In this document: positions 7,656-14,815 of the stretch, piece after piece
Numbering within the stretch: position 1 is the first letter of the stretch
How the letters are laid out: each line of letters opens with the position of its first letter
Assembly (NCBI GenBank): GCA_001695645.1
Contig: LVZN01000002.1
Coordinates: 1 to 32,000 of the forward strand
Direction of reading: 5' to 3'
DNA length: 32,000 nucleotides
From: Erysipelotrichaceae bacterium MTC7
GTDB taxonomy: Bacteria > Bacillota_I > Bacilli_A > Erysipelotrichales > Erysipelotrichaceae
Program-made: the position numbers and the translations under genes
The notes under the pieces: generated by a model
What the model saw: the letters and a program-made list of their open reading frames with translations, nothing else
Database searches by the model: none
What the model was told of the DNA's origin: nothing

Positions 7656-8018
7656 ATGAAAATGTACCAAGATGAACGAAAACTTGATTTTCACGCGCTG
7701 GGCCGGGAAATCAAGCGCAAAAGAGAAGCCAAAGGCTGGACACAGGAATACCTCGCACAGCTTGTAGACCGCACCCCGCGCTCTATCATGTATTTTGAAA
7801 ACAGAGGACAACACCCCAGCCTCAATACTTTTTATCAGCTCGTCACCCTGTTGGATATTTCCGTAGATGATTTTTTCTATCCAGACAAGCAGAACGGCCA
7901 AAGTGATTGCCGAAAGCATATAGATCACTTGCTTAACGAAATGGACGAAAAAGAGCTAACCATTATTGAAGCCACAGCGGAGGGACTGAAAAGGGCCCGG
8001 AGAACGGAGGATGCGTAA
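7656..8018 (+). CDS. XRE-family HTH regulator of the ICE
   Basis: HTH segment WTQEYLAQLVDRTPRSIMYFENRGQHPS. The second ATG at 7662 has better spacing from GGGGTGA and may be the true start. Confidence 0.8.
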   Translation: MKMYQDERKLDFHALGREIKRKREAKGWTQEYLAQLVDRTPRSIMYFENRGQHPSLNTFYQLVTLLDISVDDFFYPDKQNGQSDCRKHIDHLLNEMDEKELTIIEATAEGLKRARRTEDA

Positions 8019-8080
8019 GAAAAGCGTGTACCTCCGTTTTTTCATGCCATGTTGCGGGGATGCACGTTTCGGCAAGCAGG

Positions 8081-8130
8081 GCAGGTGTGCCCACACCTGC
8101 TATTTTTGCGTGGCCGGGGGCCCGCAAAAA
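8081..8130. terminator. Two adjacent hairpins between convergent genes, probably a bidirectional terminator
   Basis: GCAGGTGTG-CC-CACACCTGC (8081-8100) is followed by TATTTTT. TTTTTGCGTGGCC-GGG-GGCCCGCAAAAA (8103-8130) is flanked by T and A runs. Confidence 0.5.
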
Positions 8131-8160
8131 TGCTTGTTGGGGAGCTCCCCAAACCCGCTG

Positions 8161-8187
8161 CACCTCTGGACAAAGTGTCCAGAGGTG
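8161..8187 (+). repeat. ICE palindrome copy R2 (longest, perfect 12-3-12)
   Basis: CACCTCTGGACA-AAG-TGTCCAGAGGTG, 22 nt downstream of the relaxase stop. Confidence 0.92.
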
Positions 8188-8209
8188 CTTGTTATCTGCG
8201 GCCCCGGCG

Positions 8210-9628
8210 CTACCGCTCCTGGGCCTTGTTCCGCTCGTCCGTGTGGCCGAGCAGACAGTCGATGTTCCCCTTGACCGCCACAGCCTCCCGCATATCCGCC
8301 TGGGCCTTGCGGTACTCCGCATAGAGGGCTTTTTTCTTTTCCGCCAGCTCCCGCCGCTGCTTTTTCAGCGCGTCCATCTTTGGGAGCTTCGCCCCATCCA
8401 ACAGCTCATTGATCGCCGCCTTTGCCGCCCGGTAGTCAGCCAGCTCCGCCCCATGCTGGGCCAGATATTTTTTGCTGTACCGGGCCGCCTTGTAACCGTC
8501 GAATATGGGCCGCGTCTTTGCGTACTGCACCACCGCCCCCATAAGCTGGGAAGTATGGGAGAGAGCGGCCTCCGTGTCCCGCAGCTCCCCGGCAAGGGCG
8601 TGAAAGCGATCCACCGCCGCCTCGGTGCTGGCGGCCAGCGCGTCATAGTCGGTCAGACCATGCTCCCGGAGATACAGGAGCGCGGCGGCCATCTGCTTTA
8701 GGTTGTAGACCTTGGCCCACCGCTCGTAGGCCGGGCCTTTCCCCTGGGCCAGACGGTTCTGAATATCAATAATGAGATCAACGCGCCTGGGCGGGGGCGG
8801 GCCCTCCTGGGGCAGCTCCGGGATCGGGCGTTCCCCGGCGATCACCGCCCGGATGTCCTCCGGGTCAAAGCCGGGGCCCAGGGTGGACGAGCGCAGGCGC
8901 GTGGGCTTTTCCTGCCCAGGGGCCAGGAATGAGATCACCCCGCCCCGGCCATGCTTTACCGCAAAGCCAGACTCCTCCATGAGCCGGAGGAACGCCGCAA
9001 AGTCGGCGGGCCGTTTCCCCAGGGCCTCCACGATGGCAAGCCGCACCCGCTGTTTGGCCGAGGGCGGGCGCTCCCCGATCCATTGGCCATAGTGGAGAAA
9101 ACGGCCCTTGCTGTGGAGCTTCGGGTTTTGGATCACGGACAGGTCATGCTCCAGGCATACCCGGTCAGAGAGCCGCCGCAGGGCTGCCGCCGATCTGAAA
9201 AAATCCCGGAATTTTCCGGTATAGTCCAGGGTGGTGGAATTGTAGTAAATGTGATTATGGATGTGCTGGCGGTCTGTATGGGTGGCAACGAAAAAGGCGT
9301 GCTTTCCCTTTGTCCAGCGCATAGCCGTTTCATAGCCTACTCGGTTTGCCTCCTCCGGGGTGATCTCCCCAGGCCGGAAGGACTGCCGGATCTGATAGCA
9401 GAGCACATCGGCGTCCCGCCGCTGTTCCCGGCCCGTGACAGCCTTGTACTTTGCCTTTGCCAGCAGGAACTCGGCATCGGCTGTGCGGTGGTCGCACTCA
9501 TAGGCGGAAATGAGCTCCCCGTCCTGGGTTTTCTCCGGGTTTTGGCCGTAGTCGAAACGGTCTTTCAGCGATTGGGCGACGGTTTCCCCCTTGCTGATAT
9601 GGTGGGTGATCAAGCGCGTTGTGGCCGT
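8210..9628 (-). CDS. Relaxase/mobilisation nuclease (MOBP-type Relaxase domain)
   Basis: TATTRLITHHISKGETVAQSLKDRFDYGQNPEKT..., and the HTDRQHIHNHIYYNS histidine triad. GGAGGAGGTGA lies 7 nt upstream of codon 9626-9628, which is ACG, not ATG. The start codon is therefore uncertain (see findings). Confidence 0.85.
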   Translation of the reverse strand, partial: TATTRLITHHISKGETVAQSLKDRFDYGQNPEKTQDGELISAYECDHRTADAEFLLAKAKYKAVTGREQRRDADVLCYQIRQSFRPGEITPEEANRVGYETAMRWTKGKHAFFVATHTDRQHIHNHIYYNSTTLDYTGKFRDFFRSAAALRRLSDRVCLEHDLSVIQNPKLHSKGRFLHYGQWIGERPPSAKQRVRLAIVEALGKRPADFAAFLRLMEESGFAVKHGRGGVISFLAPGQEKPTRLRSSTLGPGFDPEDIRAVIAGERPIPELPQEGPPPPRRVDLIIDIQNRLAQGKGPAYERWAKVYNLKQMAAALLYLREHGLTDYDALAASTEAAVDRFHALAGELRDTEAALSHTSQLMGAVVQYAKTRPIFDGYKAARYSKKYLAQHGAELADYRAAKAAINELLDGAKLPKMDALKKQRRELAEKKKALYAEYRKAQADMREAVAVKGNIDCLLGHTDERNKAQER

Positions 9629-9649
9629 AGGCTCACCTCCTCCAGATAA

Positions 9650-9685
9650 ACGAAAAGCGGGCGGCGGGAGAATCCCCGCCGCCCG
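9650..9685 (-). terminator. GC-rich hairpin with T-run in the relaxase leader (terminator/attenuator-like)
   Basis: The minus strand reads GGGCGGCGGGG-ATTCTC-CCGCCGCCC then GCTTTTCGTTT, directly upstream of the relaxase SD. Confidence 0.4.
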
Positions 9686-9688
9686 GCA

Positions 9689-9711
9689 CTTCTGGACAAA
9701 GTGTCCAGAGG
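9689..9711 (+). repeat. ICE palindrome copy R3
   Basis: CTTCTGGACAAAGTGTCCAGAGG, 3 nt after the stop of the 9715-10005 gene. Confidence 0.9.
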
Positions 9712-9714
9712 TCA

Positions 9715-10005
9715 TCAGCTGCACATAAAATCCTGCAAGGCGTATTTTACCCCATACAGGCGCTCCAGCAGCCACTCCCCGATGGCCGGGAGCCCAAAGG
9801 GGGAAACAAGGAACGCCAGCACCAGCATGGCGATGCACCCGGTTTTCAATCCGGCAAACAGCCCGCAGACCGCCAGCAGGACAAAGGCGGTACACGCCAG
9901 CCAGCAGAACGCGCCCGCGATGCAGGAGAGGAACGAGAGCACCGCCACGGCGAGGATCAGCGCCAAAACAAAGGGGGCCGCGATGATTTTCAAAATTGTA
10001 CGCAT
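9715..10005 (-). CDS. Small integral membrane protein (96 aa, about 3 TM segments)
   Basis: Strongly hydrophobic throughout. ATG is preceded by TAGGAGGTATGAACC. Confidence 0.6.
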   Translation of the reverse strand: MRTILKIIAAPFVLALILAVAVLSFLSCIAGAFCWLACTAFVLLAVCGLFAGLKTGCIAMLVLAFLVSPFGLPAIGEWLLERLYGVKYALQDFMCS

Positions 10006-10050
10006 GGTTCATACCTCCTACAAAAGTTTGATATTTGCCTCTATATGTAT

Positions 10051-10079
10051 ATTATAACTCCGTAAGAGGGGGCAAACAA
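10051..10079 (-). promoter_or_regulatory. Candidate promoter for the membrane-protein/relaxase genes
   Basis: Minus strand: TTGTTT (10074-10079), 17 nt, TATAAT (10051-10056). Palindrome R4 lies about 22 nt upstream of the -35. Confidence 0.4.
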
Positions 10080-10100
10080 GGATGGCTCCGGCTGCCCCCA

Positions 10101-10123
10101 CCTCTGGACAAAGCGTCCAGAAG
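10101..10123 (+). repeat. ICE palindrome copy R4 (one arm mismatch)
   Basis: CCTCTGGACAAAGCGTCCAGAAG. It follows a separate hairpin CCGGGGAGCG-CAA-CGCTCCCCGG at 10133-10155 downstream of mobC. Confidence 0.85.
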
Positions 10124-10161
10124 CCGGGGCAGCCGGGGAGCGCAACGCTCCCCGGCAAGGG

Positions 10162-10512
10162 TCAAAGCTCTACCACCGCCGACAGCTTTTTGAGCAGGTC
10201 GGACAACGGTTCCCACAGGGTTTCATAGTCCCGCTGGAGGGCCTTGATCTCCTCCGGGTAAATGCCGCCGTAGGTATTGGCCTGGATCGCCACCTGGTTT
10301 AGATTATTGGAGCACCGACGCTGGAGCGATACCAGTTCCCGGACGGGCGAAAGGTCAACATGGAGCACATAGCCATTGAGGGCCATTTTCCGCACATAGG
10401 CCCCCAAGTTGCGGACGCCCGCCTCGGCCATGCGCTCCCGGATCAGCGCCAGCTCCTCCTCGGACACCATCACATGAAGATGGACAGGACGGCGGCGCTT
10501 TTTCTGGCTCAC
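10162..10512 (-). CDS. mobC: MobC-family relaxosome accessory protein
   Basis: 116 aa. RPVHLHVMVSEEELALIRERMAEAG (RHH-like) and RRCSNNLNQVA, typical of the MobC family. The GTG start overlaps the upstream TGA (GTGA). Confidence 0.85.
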   Translation of the reverse strand: MSQKKRRRPVHLHVMVSEEELALIRERMAEAGVRNLGAYVRKMALNGYVLHVDLSPVRELVSLQRRCSNNLNQVAIQANTYGGIYPEEIKALQRDYETLWEPLSDLLKKLSAVVEL

Positions 10513-10664
10513 CGCTCCTCACGCTCCCGGCTCCGATAGGGGCGGGGCGGTTCCTTTACCTTGTCCAGCGGCTTTTCCTCCTCCGGGGGCTGGGGAGAGC
10601 CGAACACGCCGCACAGCCGCTTCACTTCCAGGTCAGCCCGATCCTGTTCCCTCTGTTTTTCCAT
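10509..10664 (-). CDS. Small ORF (51 aa), below the ORF-track cutoff
   Basis: My hand translation gives MEKQREQDRADLEVKRLCGVFGSPQPPEEEKPLDKVKEPPRPYRSREREER. ATG is 6 nt after AGGAGGTG, and the stop overlaps the mobC GTG (GTGA coupling). Confidence 0.45.
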   Translation of the reverse strand: MEKQREQDRADLEVKRLCGVFGSPQPPEEEKPLDKVKEPPRPYRSREREER

Positions 10665-10675
10665 ACGCGCACCTC

Positions 10676-11485
10676 CTAACGCTCGCCCCTGTCGGGGGCT
10701 TTCTTTTTTGGGGCCTCCGGCCCCTGGTGCTCCTGGGCCTCCCGCTGGGCGGCCTTGAGCTGTTCGGCAATCGGTTGTTTGCCCTTTTCCTGCTTGTGGG
10801 CCTTAGCCGCTGCTTGACGCTCCACCCCACGGGCGCGAATAGACAACTGCTCCGGGGTGACATACTCTTTTACCACATAGCTGCCGAAGTCGGGATAAAA
10901 CCATGTCAGCCGTTTTTGCTCCGGGGCGTGGTGGGCATCCTCCCATTTGCCCACGACCTGGGCCTGGGCATCCATCTGCCGCCGAATATCCAGATTTTCA
11001 CGGGAGGGCCGCAGCTCATAATCCCGCATTTCCTGCTCAGTCAACGGCTGGGCATAGGTGATGGCCCCCCACGCCTGGAACGCCTCACCCTGCACCTGCT
11101 GGCGGTTAAAATAGATGTCCATGTGGACAGGCCGGTTGAAATAGCTTTTGGGATAGGTGCCCATGTCGATAGGCCGCTGGGTAGAGTAGTATTTGTATGT
11201 TTCCTTGTCCGGGGCCTGTTCCACCTCAAACACATGATAGCGCCGCTGATAGTCCTCAGCCCGGTTGTGCAAGTCGCGCTCCGCCATGTCCGGCTCGTTA
11301 TGGTAGTGGCCCCAAAAATAGTCGCGGTGTCCGTCCTGCTCGTTAAATTGCCATGTCACATAGGGGTTCGGGGCCTTGGGGTCTTCCCCCAATACAAAGC
11401 CGCATTTATTATCAAACAGGATCGTGCGGCGGATCACATAGCCTTGATTTTCTTCCAGAATAACACCTCCTCTTAAATGTGCCAT
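10676..11485 (-). CDS. Conserved ICE protein of unknown function
   Basis: The long ORF contains YKYYSTQRPIDMGTYPK. The ORF-track N-terminus (to 11581) reads through palindrome R5. ATG at 11483-11485 abuts the repeat, and a strong AAGAGGAGGTG follows it, so the real start is uncertain. Confidence 0.65.
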   Translation of the reverse strand: MAHLRGGVILEENQGYVIRRTILFDNKCGFVLGEDPKAPNPYVTWQFNEQDGHRDYFWGHYHNEPDMAERDLHNRAEDYQRRYHVFEVEQAPDKETYKYYSTQRPIDMGTYPKSYFNRPVHMDIYFNRQQVQGEAFQAWGAITYAQPLTEQEMRDYELRPSRENLDIRRQMDAQAQVVGKWEDAHHAPEQKRLTWFYPDFGSYVVKEYVTPEQLSIRARGVERQAAAKAHKQEKGKQPIAEQLKAAQREAQEHQGPEAPKKKAPDRGER

Positions 11486-11487
11486 CA

Positions 11488-11510
11488 CCTCTGGACAAAG
11501 TGTCCAGAAG
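11488..11510 (+). repeat. ICE palindrome copy R5
   Basis: CCTCTGGACAAAGTGTCCAGAAG, 2 nt upstream of the ATG at 11485. Confidence 0.9.
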
Positions 11511-11639
11511 CAGCGGGGATAGATGTGGAAAGCATTTTGACAAAGCGGGGGCGGGACATAGAAACATACGGCCCGCCCCAAAACCGGCCCCGGAAAGCCT
11601 TGTGATCAGCGGGTTTTCCGGGGCCTAATTTTCCACACA

Positions 11640-11993
11640 TCACCTCCGTCTTTTCCGCATATACTCCCGCTTTTGCCGCCGCAGGGCGATCCGGGCGCAG
11701 GACTCGGAGCAGTAGGCCATGCGCCCATCCACGGGGACGGCCCCGCCGCAGATGGGGCAGGGCTTAAACTCCGGCCTGGGCCCCTCAGTCAGCAGGGCGG
11801 CCTCTAGCGCCGGGTCAAGGGGCAGGACGGCCTCCCGGAAGTAGCGGCAATAGGCCCCCGTCCAGCATTTGCCGAACATATAACATTCGCACTCCAGCGG
11901 CAGGCACCCATATTCCTTGTCATAGTTGGCGCACCACTTCACCACCAGGGCGCGGATAGCGGATTTTTCCTTGCGGGTCAGTTCGCGGGCCAC
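11640..11993 (-). CDS. Cysteine-rich VLP-family protein
   Basis: 117 aa. CANYDKEYGCLPLECECYMFGKCWTGAYCRYFREAVLP and CPICGG...CSESC match the Cys_rich_VLP pattern common in clostridial ICEs. GTG start after GGGAGGTGA. Confidence 0.8.
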   Translation of the reverse strand: MARELTRKEKSAIRALVVKWCANYDKEYGCLPLECECYMFGKCWTGAYCRYFREAVLPLDPALEAALLTEGPRPEFKPCPICGGAVPVDGRMAYCSESCARIALRRQKREYMRKRRR

Positions 11994-11997
11994 CCCA

Positions 11998-12171
11998 TCA
12001 CCTCCCGGCAGGGGCTTTCAAAAGTTCCCGGTAGCAGGACACACAGCCGATCCCCCGCCAGTAGGGGCACCCGGAGCACCGGGAGCCCCTGGGCGCTTTG
12101 GGGACGGAGGGGGCCAGGGGCCGGGGCCTCTGCTTCATCATTTTTTCGTAGGGACTATTGGTAAAATTCAT
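11998..12171 (-). CDS. Small Cys-containing ORF (57 aa), below the ORF-track cutoff
   Basis: My hand translation gives MNFTNSPYEKMMKQRPRPLAPSVPKAPRGSRCSGCPYWRGIGCVSCYRELLKAPAGR. Its ATG overlaps the upstream TGA (ATGA), and its TGA lies within the SD of the next gene. Confidence 0.5.
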   Translation of the reverse strand: MNFTNSPYEKMMKQRPRPLAPSVPKAPRGSRCSGCPYWRGIGCVSCYRELLKAPAGR

Positions 12172-12893
12172 CTTTCCTCCTCCTCGCTGTTTTCCTCGTC
12201 CTCGTCCCAGGGCGGGCCGTCGTCCTCATAGTCCTCGCCGTAGTCCTCCTCCGGCTCGGCGGCCTGCTGCTGTTTGGGCCGGATCACCTTGAAATAGAAC
12301 GCGGCCCCGCCGCCGATCCCGGCCACCGCCAGGATGAGCAGGAGCGTCCCCATGCTGCCGCCTGTTTCCGGCTCTTCCGCAGGTTCCTCGGTTTCCGCAG
12401 GCTCCGGCTCCACCCCGGCGCAGTCGGCCATACTGATGGAGCAAACCGGGCAGGCCGTGTCAATGGCGCCCACAGCGCACTTTTCCCCGCAGGTGCAGGC
12501 CGGAAGCTCCACCCCCGCAGCTTTCACAGCGGCCAGCAGGTCGGCCTCGTCCACCAGGTTCAGGAAGTAGGTTTCATATTGTTCGCCCTCCTCGTCCACG
12601 GGCTTGTCGTAGTCAATGACGAGATAGAAGGTGGCCCCGCCGCTGGTCTGGACGGTGATAAACTGCTTATTGGTGTTCTCGTCATAGAGCAGGTCGCGGG
12701 TCACAAAGCCGCCCTCCTCCGAAAAGCCCTGGCCCGGCTCTATGGTAGGCTCCGGGGCCGGGGTTTCCATTGTGGGATCGCCGTGATTGGAGCCCGCCCC
12801 GCCGTCCGCGTAGGCATAGGCCGGGACAGCGGTAAATCCGCATAAAAGAACAGCGGCGCAGAGCGCCGCCGTCAAAGACTTCCATCGTTTCAT
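12168..12893 (-). CDS. DUF4366-like secreted/membrane-anchored conjugation protein
   Basis: Signal peptide MKRWKSLTAALCAAVLLCGFTAVPAYA, a C-terminal TM segment (LLLILAVAGIGGGAAFYF) and an acidic tail. Confidence 0.75.
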   Translation of the reverse strand: MKRWKSLTAALCAAVLLCGFTAVPAYAYADGGAGSNHGDPTMETPAPEPTIEPGQGFSEEGGFVTRDLLYDENTNKQFITVQTSGGATFYLVIDYDKPVDEEGEQYETYFLNLVDEADLLAAVKAAGVELPACTCGEKCAVGAIDTACPVCSISMADCAGVEPEPAETEEPAEEPETGGSMGTLLLILAVAGIGGGAAFYFKVIRPKQQQAAEPEEDYGEDYEDDGPPWDEDEENSEEEER

Positions 12894-12895
12894 AT

Positions 12896-13147
12896 TCAGT
12901 TTTCCTCCTTTTCCGCAGGCCCCGACTTCTGGACACTTTGTCCAGAGGTGCCCTCCCGGAGCTGCTGAAGCACCAGGGGCAGCTCCTCCAAAGAAATGCT
13001 CAGGCCCCGCACGATGTCCACGATCTCGCTGTTTTCGGCCTCCAGCTTATTTTTCTCCAGCTCCTTGAGCCGGGCCTGCTGCTCGTTGATTTTGGCCTTG
13101 ACCTTTTCGATCTCAGCCTGGATTTTTTGGCTTTTGCTTGCCGCCAT
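12896..13147 (-). CDS. DUF4315-like coiled-coil protein
   Basis: MAASKSQKIQAEIEKVKAKINEQQARLKELEKNK.... ATG at 13147 after GGAGGT. The C-terminal tail contains palindrome R6 in frame (TSGQSVQKS). Confidence 0.72.
   Translation of the reverse strand: MAASKSQKIQAEIEKVKAKINEQQARLKELEKNKLEAENSEIVDIVRGLSISLEELPLVLQQLREGTSGQSVQKSGPAEKEEN
12926..12948 (-). repeat. ICE palindrome copy R6 (in frame in a CDS tail)
   Basis: CTTCTGGACACTTTGTCCAGAGG, translated on the minus strand as TSGQSVQKS. Confidence 0.9.
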
Positions 13148-13159
13148 AGATACCTCCAA

Positions 13160-14815
13160 TCATGGTAAACGCCCGTAGGCGTAGAAATGGGACTGCCAGT
13201 AATTTGTGTTCAAATTCGCGTAGCTGATGGGATCGCCACAATGGATCATCATCCCGTCCCCCACATAGATGCCACAATGGGAAACGCCGGTTGTATCATA
13301 GGTGCCCTCGAAAAAGACCAGATCGCCGGGGCGGGGTGCGCCGGTGGGGGTGCAGATGTTGTAAAGCCCCTGGGCCCCCAGGCGGCCCACATCCCAGCCG
13401 GAGTGATTGATCACCCAGGACACGAAGCCGGAGCAGTCAAAGGAAGTGGCCGGGGAACTGCCGCCCCACACATAGGGATAGCCCAGGTATTTTTCCGCCT
13501 CGCCCAAAATGGCCGCAAAGGTTTCATCGTCCAGATATTCCTCCGGCACATCGTAGTCGGCGGGCGGTTTCGTGTATTTGTCCACATACCCGGACTCCGG
13601 GAACAGGTCGGGCCGGTTGCCCAGGCAGGACATATAGAGGGCATACCGGGCCAGCTCCTCCTCGCCCATAAGCTCCAGGGGAAGGTGGGAAAGGGTTTTG
13701 TTTTCCAGCGTCACATAGCAGATATACCAGGAATAGGGATCGCCCTCGCTGTCGTACCGGGTTTCCCGCACCACACGCTCCGTCAGAATATACTGGCGGT
13801 CAAAAAGCATTTGCAAAGTGCCCTGCACCTGGGCAAGCGTCCATTCCCCCTCGTGGAGCACAGAGAGGATGGAGATGAGCACATAGGGATCGTGCTCAAT
13901 GGTGTCCAGGTCAAAGTGGTACTCGTCATAATCGTGGGTGCTTTCGTAGGTGTCCAGGTAGTTTTGCAGCTCCGCCTCCATATCTGCATAGGCGGCCTCG
14001 GCCCCCAAAATATCCTCGTCCTTTGAGGGGTAAGTGGTAGCGCCCACGGCACCCGCGCCGGAGTTACCCAGCATCACCAGGGAGGACGAACAGGACTGCA
14101 TGATAAAGAGCAGGAGCAGACAGGCCAGGGCCAGGAGCACCCCCACGGGATGCCGCTTGATAAAGCCTACCGCCTGGGCCCCGGCCTTTTCCGTGGCGGC
14201 GGCGGTCTTTTTCGCCGCCTTTGCCGCCCCAGCCCTGGCGGTCTGCCGCGCCTGCTTGCGGTATTGCCGTTTCTGCCAAAACTGTTTCCAGGCATTTTGC
14301 CTCAGCTCCGGGTTCTCCTGGGCGGCCACGCGGAAATGATGATCCGCCGTAGCCTTGATATATTTGGACTCCGCCCGCTGGACAGCCTTTGCCGGGTGTT
14401 CCCGGATTTTCTTCTTAACGAACCGGGAGCCATGCCGCAGGGCGGTTTCACCCGCCAGCTCGGAGCGGTGGGCCCCCTCGGTGCCCACGTTCTCCTGCTC
14501 CACCTCAAAGAGCTTTCCATGCACAAAGCCGTGGACGGCGCCGCCGGCGGCCCGGCCCACCCGCCTCACCGGGCCGGGCTTTTTGGGCGGCTTTTGTTTG
14601 GACAGCTTATCCTTTGCCTGTTCCAGCTTCTCCCCGCGCTTTTCCATGCGGAGCTTTGACGAGGCGGCCTGTTCCTGGTTGCTTTTCTGCCGGAACTTTG
14701 ACTTCTGGACATTTTGTCCAGAGGTAGCCTCCGTCCTGGCCCCGTCAGGGGAGCCCTCCGGCGCGTCCTGCCGGGGAGCCGCCTCCGGGCTGGGTTTATT
14801 CGGTTTTCGCTTCAT
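13160..14815 (-). CDS. NlpC/P60 cell-wall hydrolase of the conjugation apparatus
   Basis: 551 aa. TM segment GVLLALACLLLLFIM. C-terminal NlpC/P60 domain with FDCSGFVSWV catalytic Cys and SHCGIYVGDGMMIH. Palindrome R7 is in frame near the N-terminus. Confidence 0.88.
   Translation of the reverse strand: MKRKPNKPSPEAAPRQDAPEGSPDGARTEATSGQNVQKSKFRQKSNQEQAASSKLRMEKRGEKLEQAKDKLSKQKPPKKPGPVRRVGRAAGGAVHGFVHGKLFEVEQENVGTEGAHRSELAGETALRHGSRFVKKKIREHPAKAVQRAESKYIKATADHHFRVAAQENPELRQNAWKQFWQKRQYRKQARQTARAGAAKAAKKTAAATEKAGAQAVGFIKRHPVGVLLALACLLLLFIMQSCSSSLVMLGNSGAGAVGATTYPSKDEDILGAEAAYADMEAELQNYLDTYESTHDYDEYHFDLDTIEHDPYVLISILSVLHEGEWTLAQVQGTLQMLFDRQYILTERVVRETRYDSEGDPYSWYICYVTLENKTLSHLPLELMGEEELARYALYMSCLGNRPDLFPESGYVDKYTKPPADYDVPEEYLDDETFAAILGEAEKYLGYPYVWGGSSPATSFDCSGFVSWVINHSGWDVGRLGAQGLYNICTPTGAPRPGDLVFFEGTYDTTGVSHCGIYVGDGMMIHCGDPISYANLNTNYWQSHFYAYGRLP
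14702..14724 (-). repeat. ICE palindrome copy R7 (in frame in a CDS, centre variant)
   Basis: CTTCTGGACATTTTGTCCAGAGG, translated as TSGQNVQKS. Confidence 0.88.

Noticed and set aside
7418-7928. Minus-strand ORFs 7418-7627 and 7614-7928.
   Set aside because: They overlap the IS right end and the plus-strand XRE gene in AT-rich sequence. They have no SD or motif support.
9629-10012. The ORF-track 600-aa version of the relaxase, and similar extended N-termini of ORFs 10676-11581, 17570-18709, 2725-3024, 19209-20018 and 5530-6123.
   Set aside because: The extensions run through the stop-free palindromes, hairpins or neighbouring genes in other frames and have no domain content. Internal starts with SD sequences fit better.
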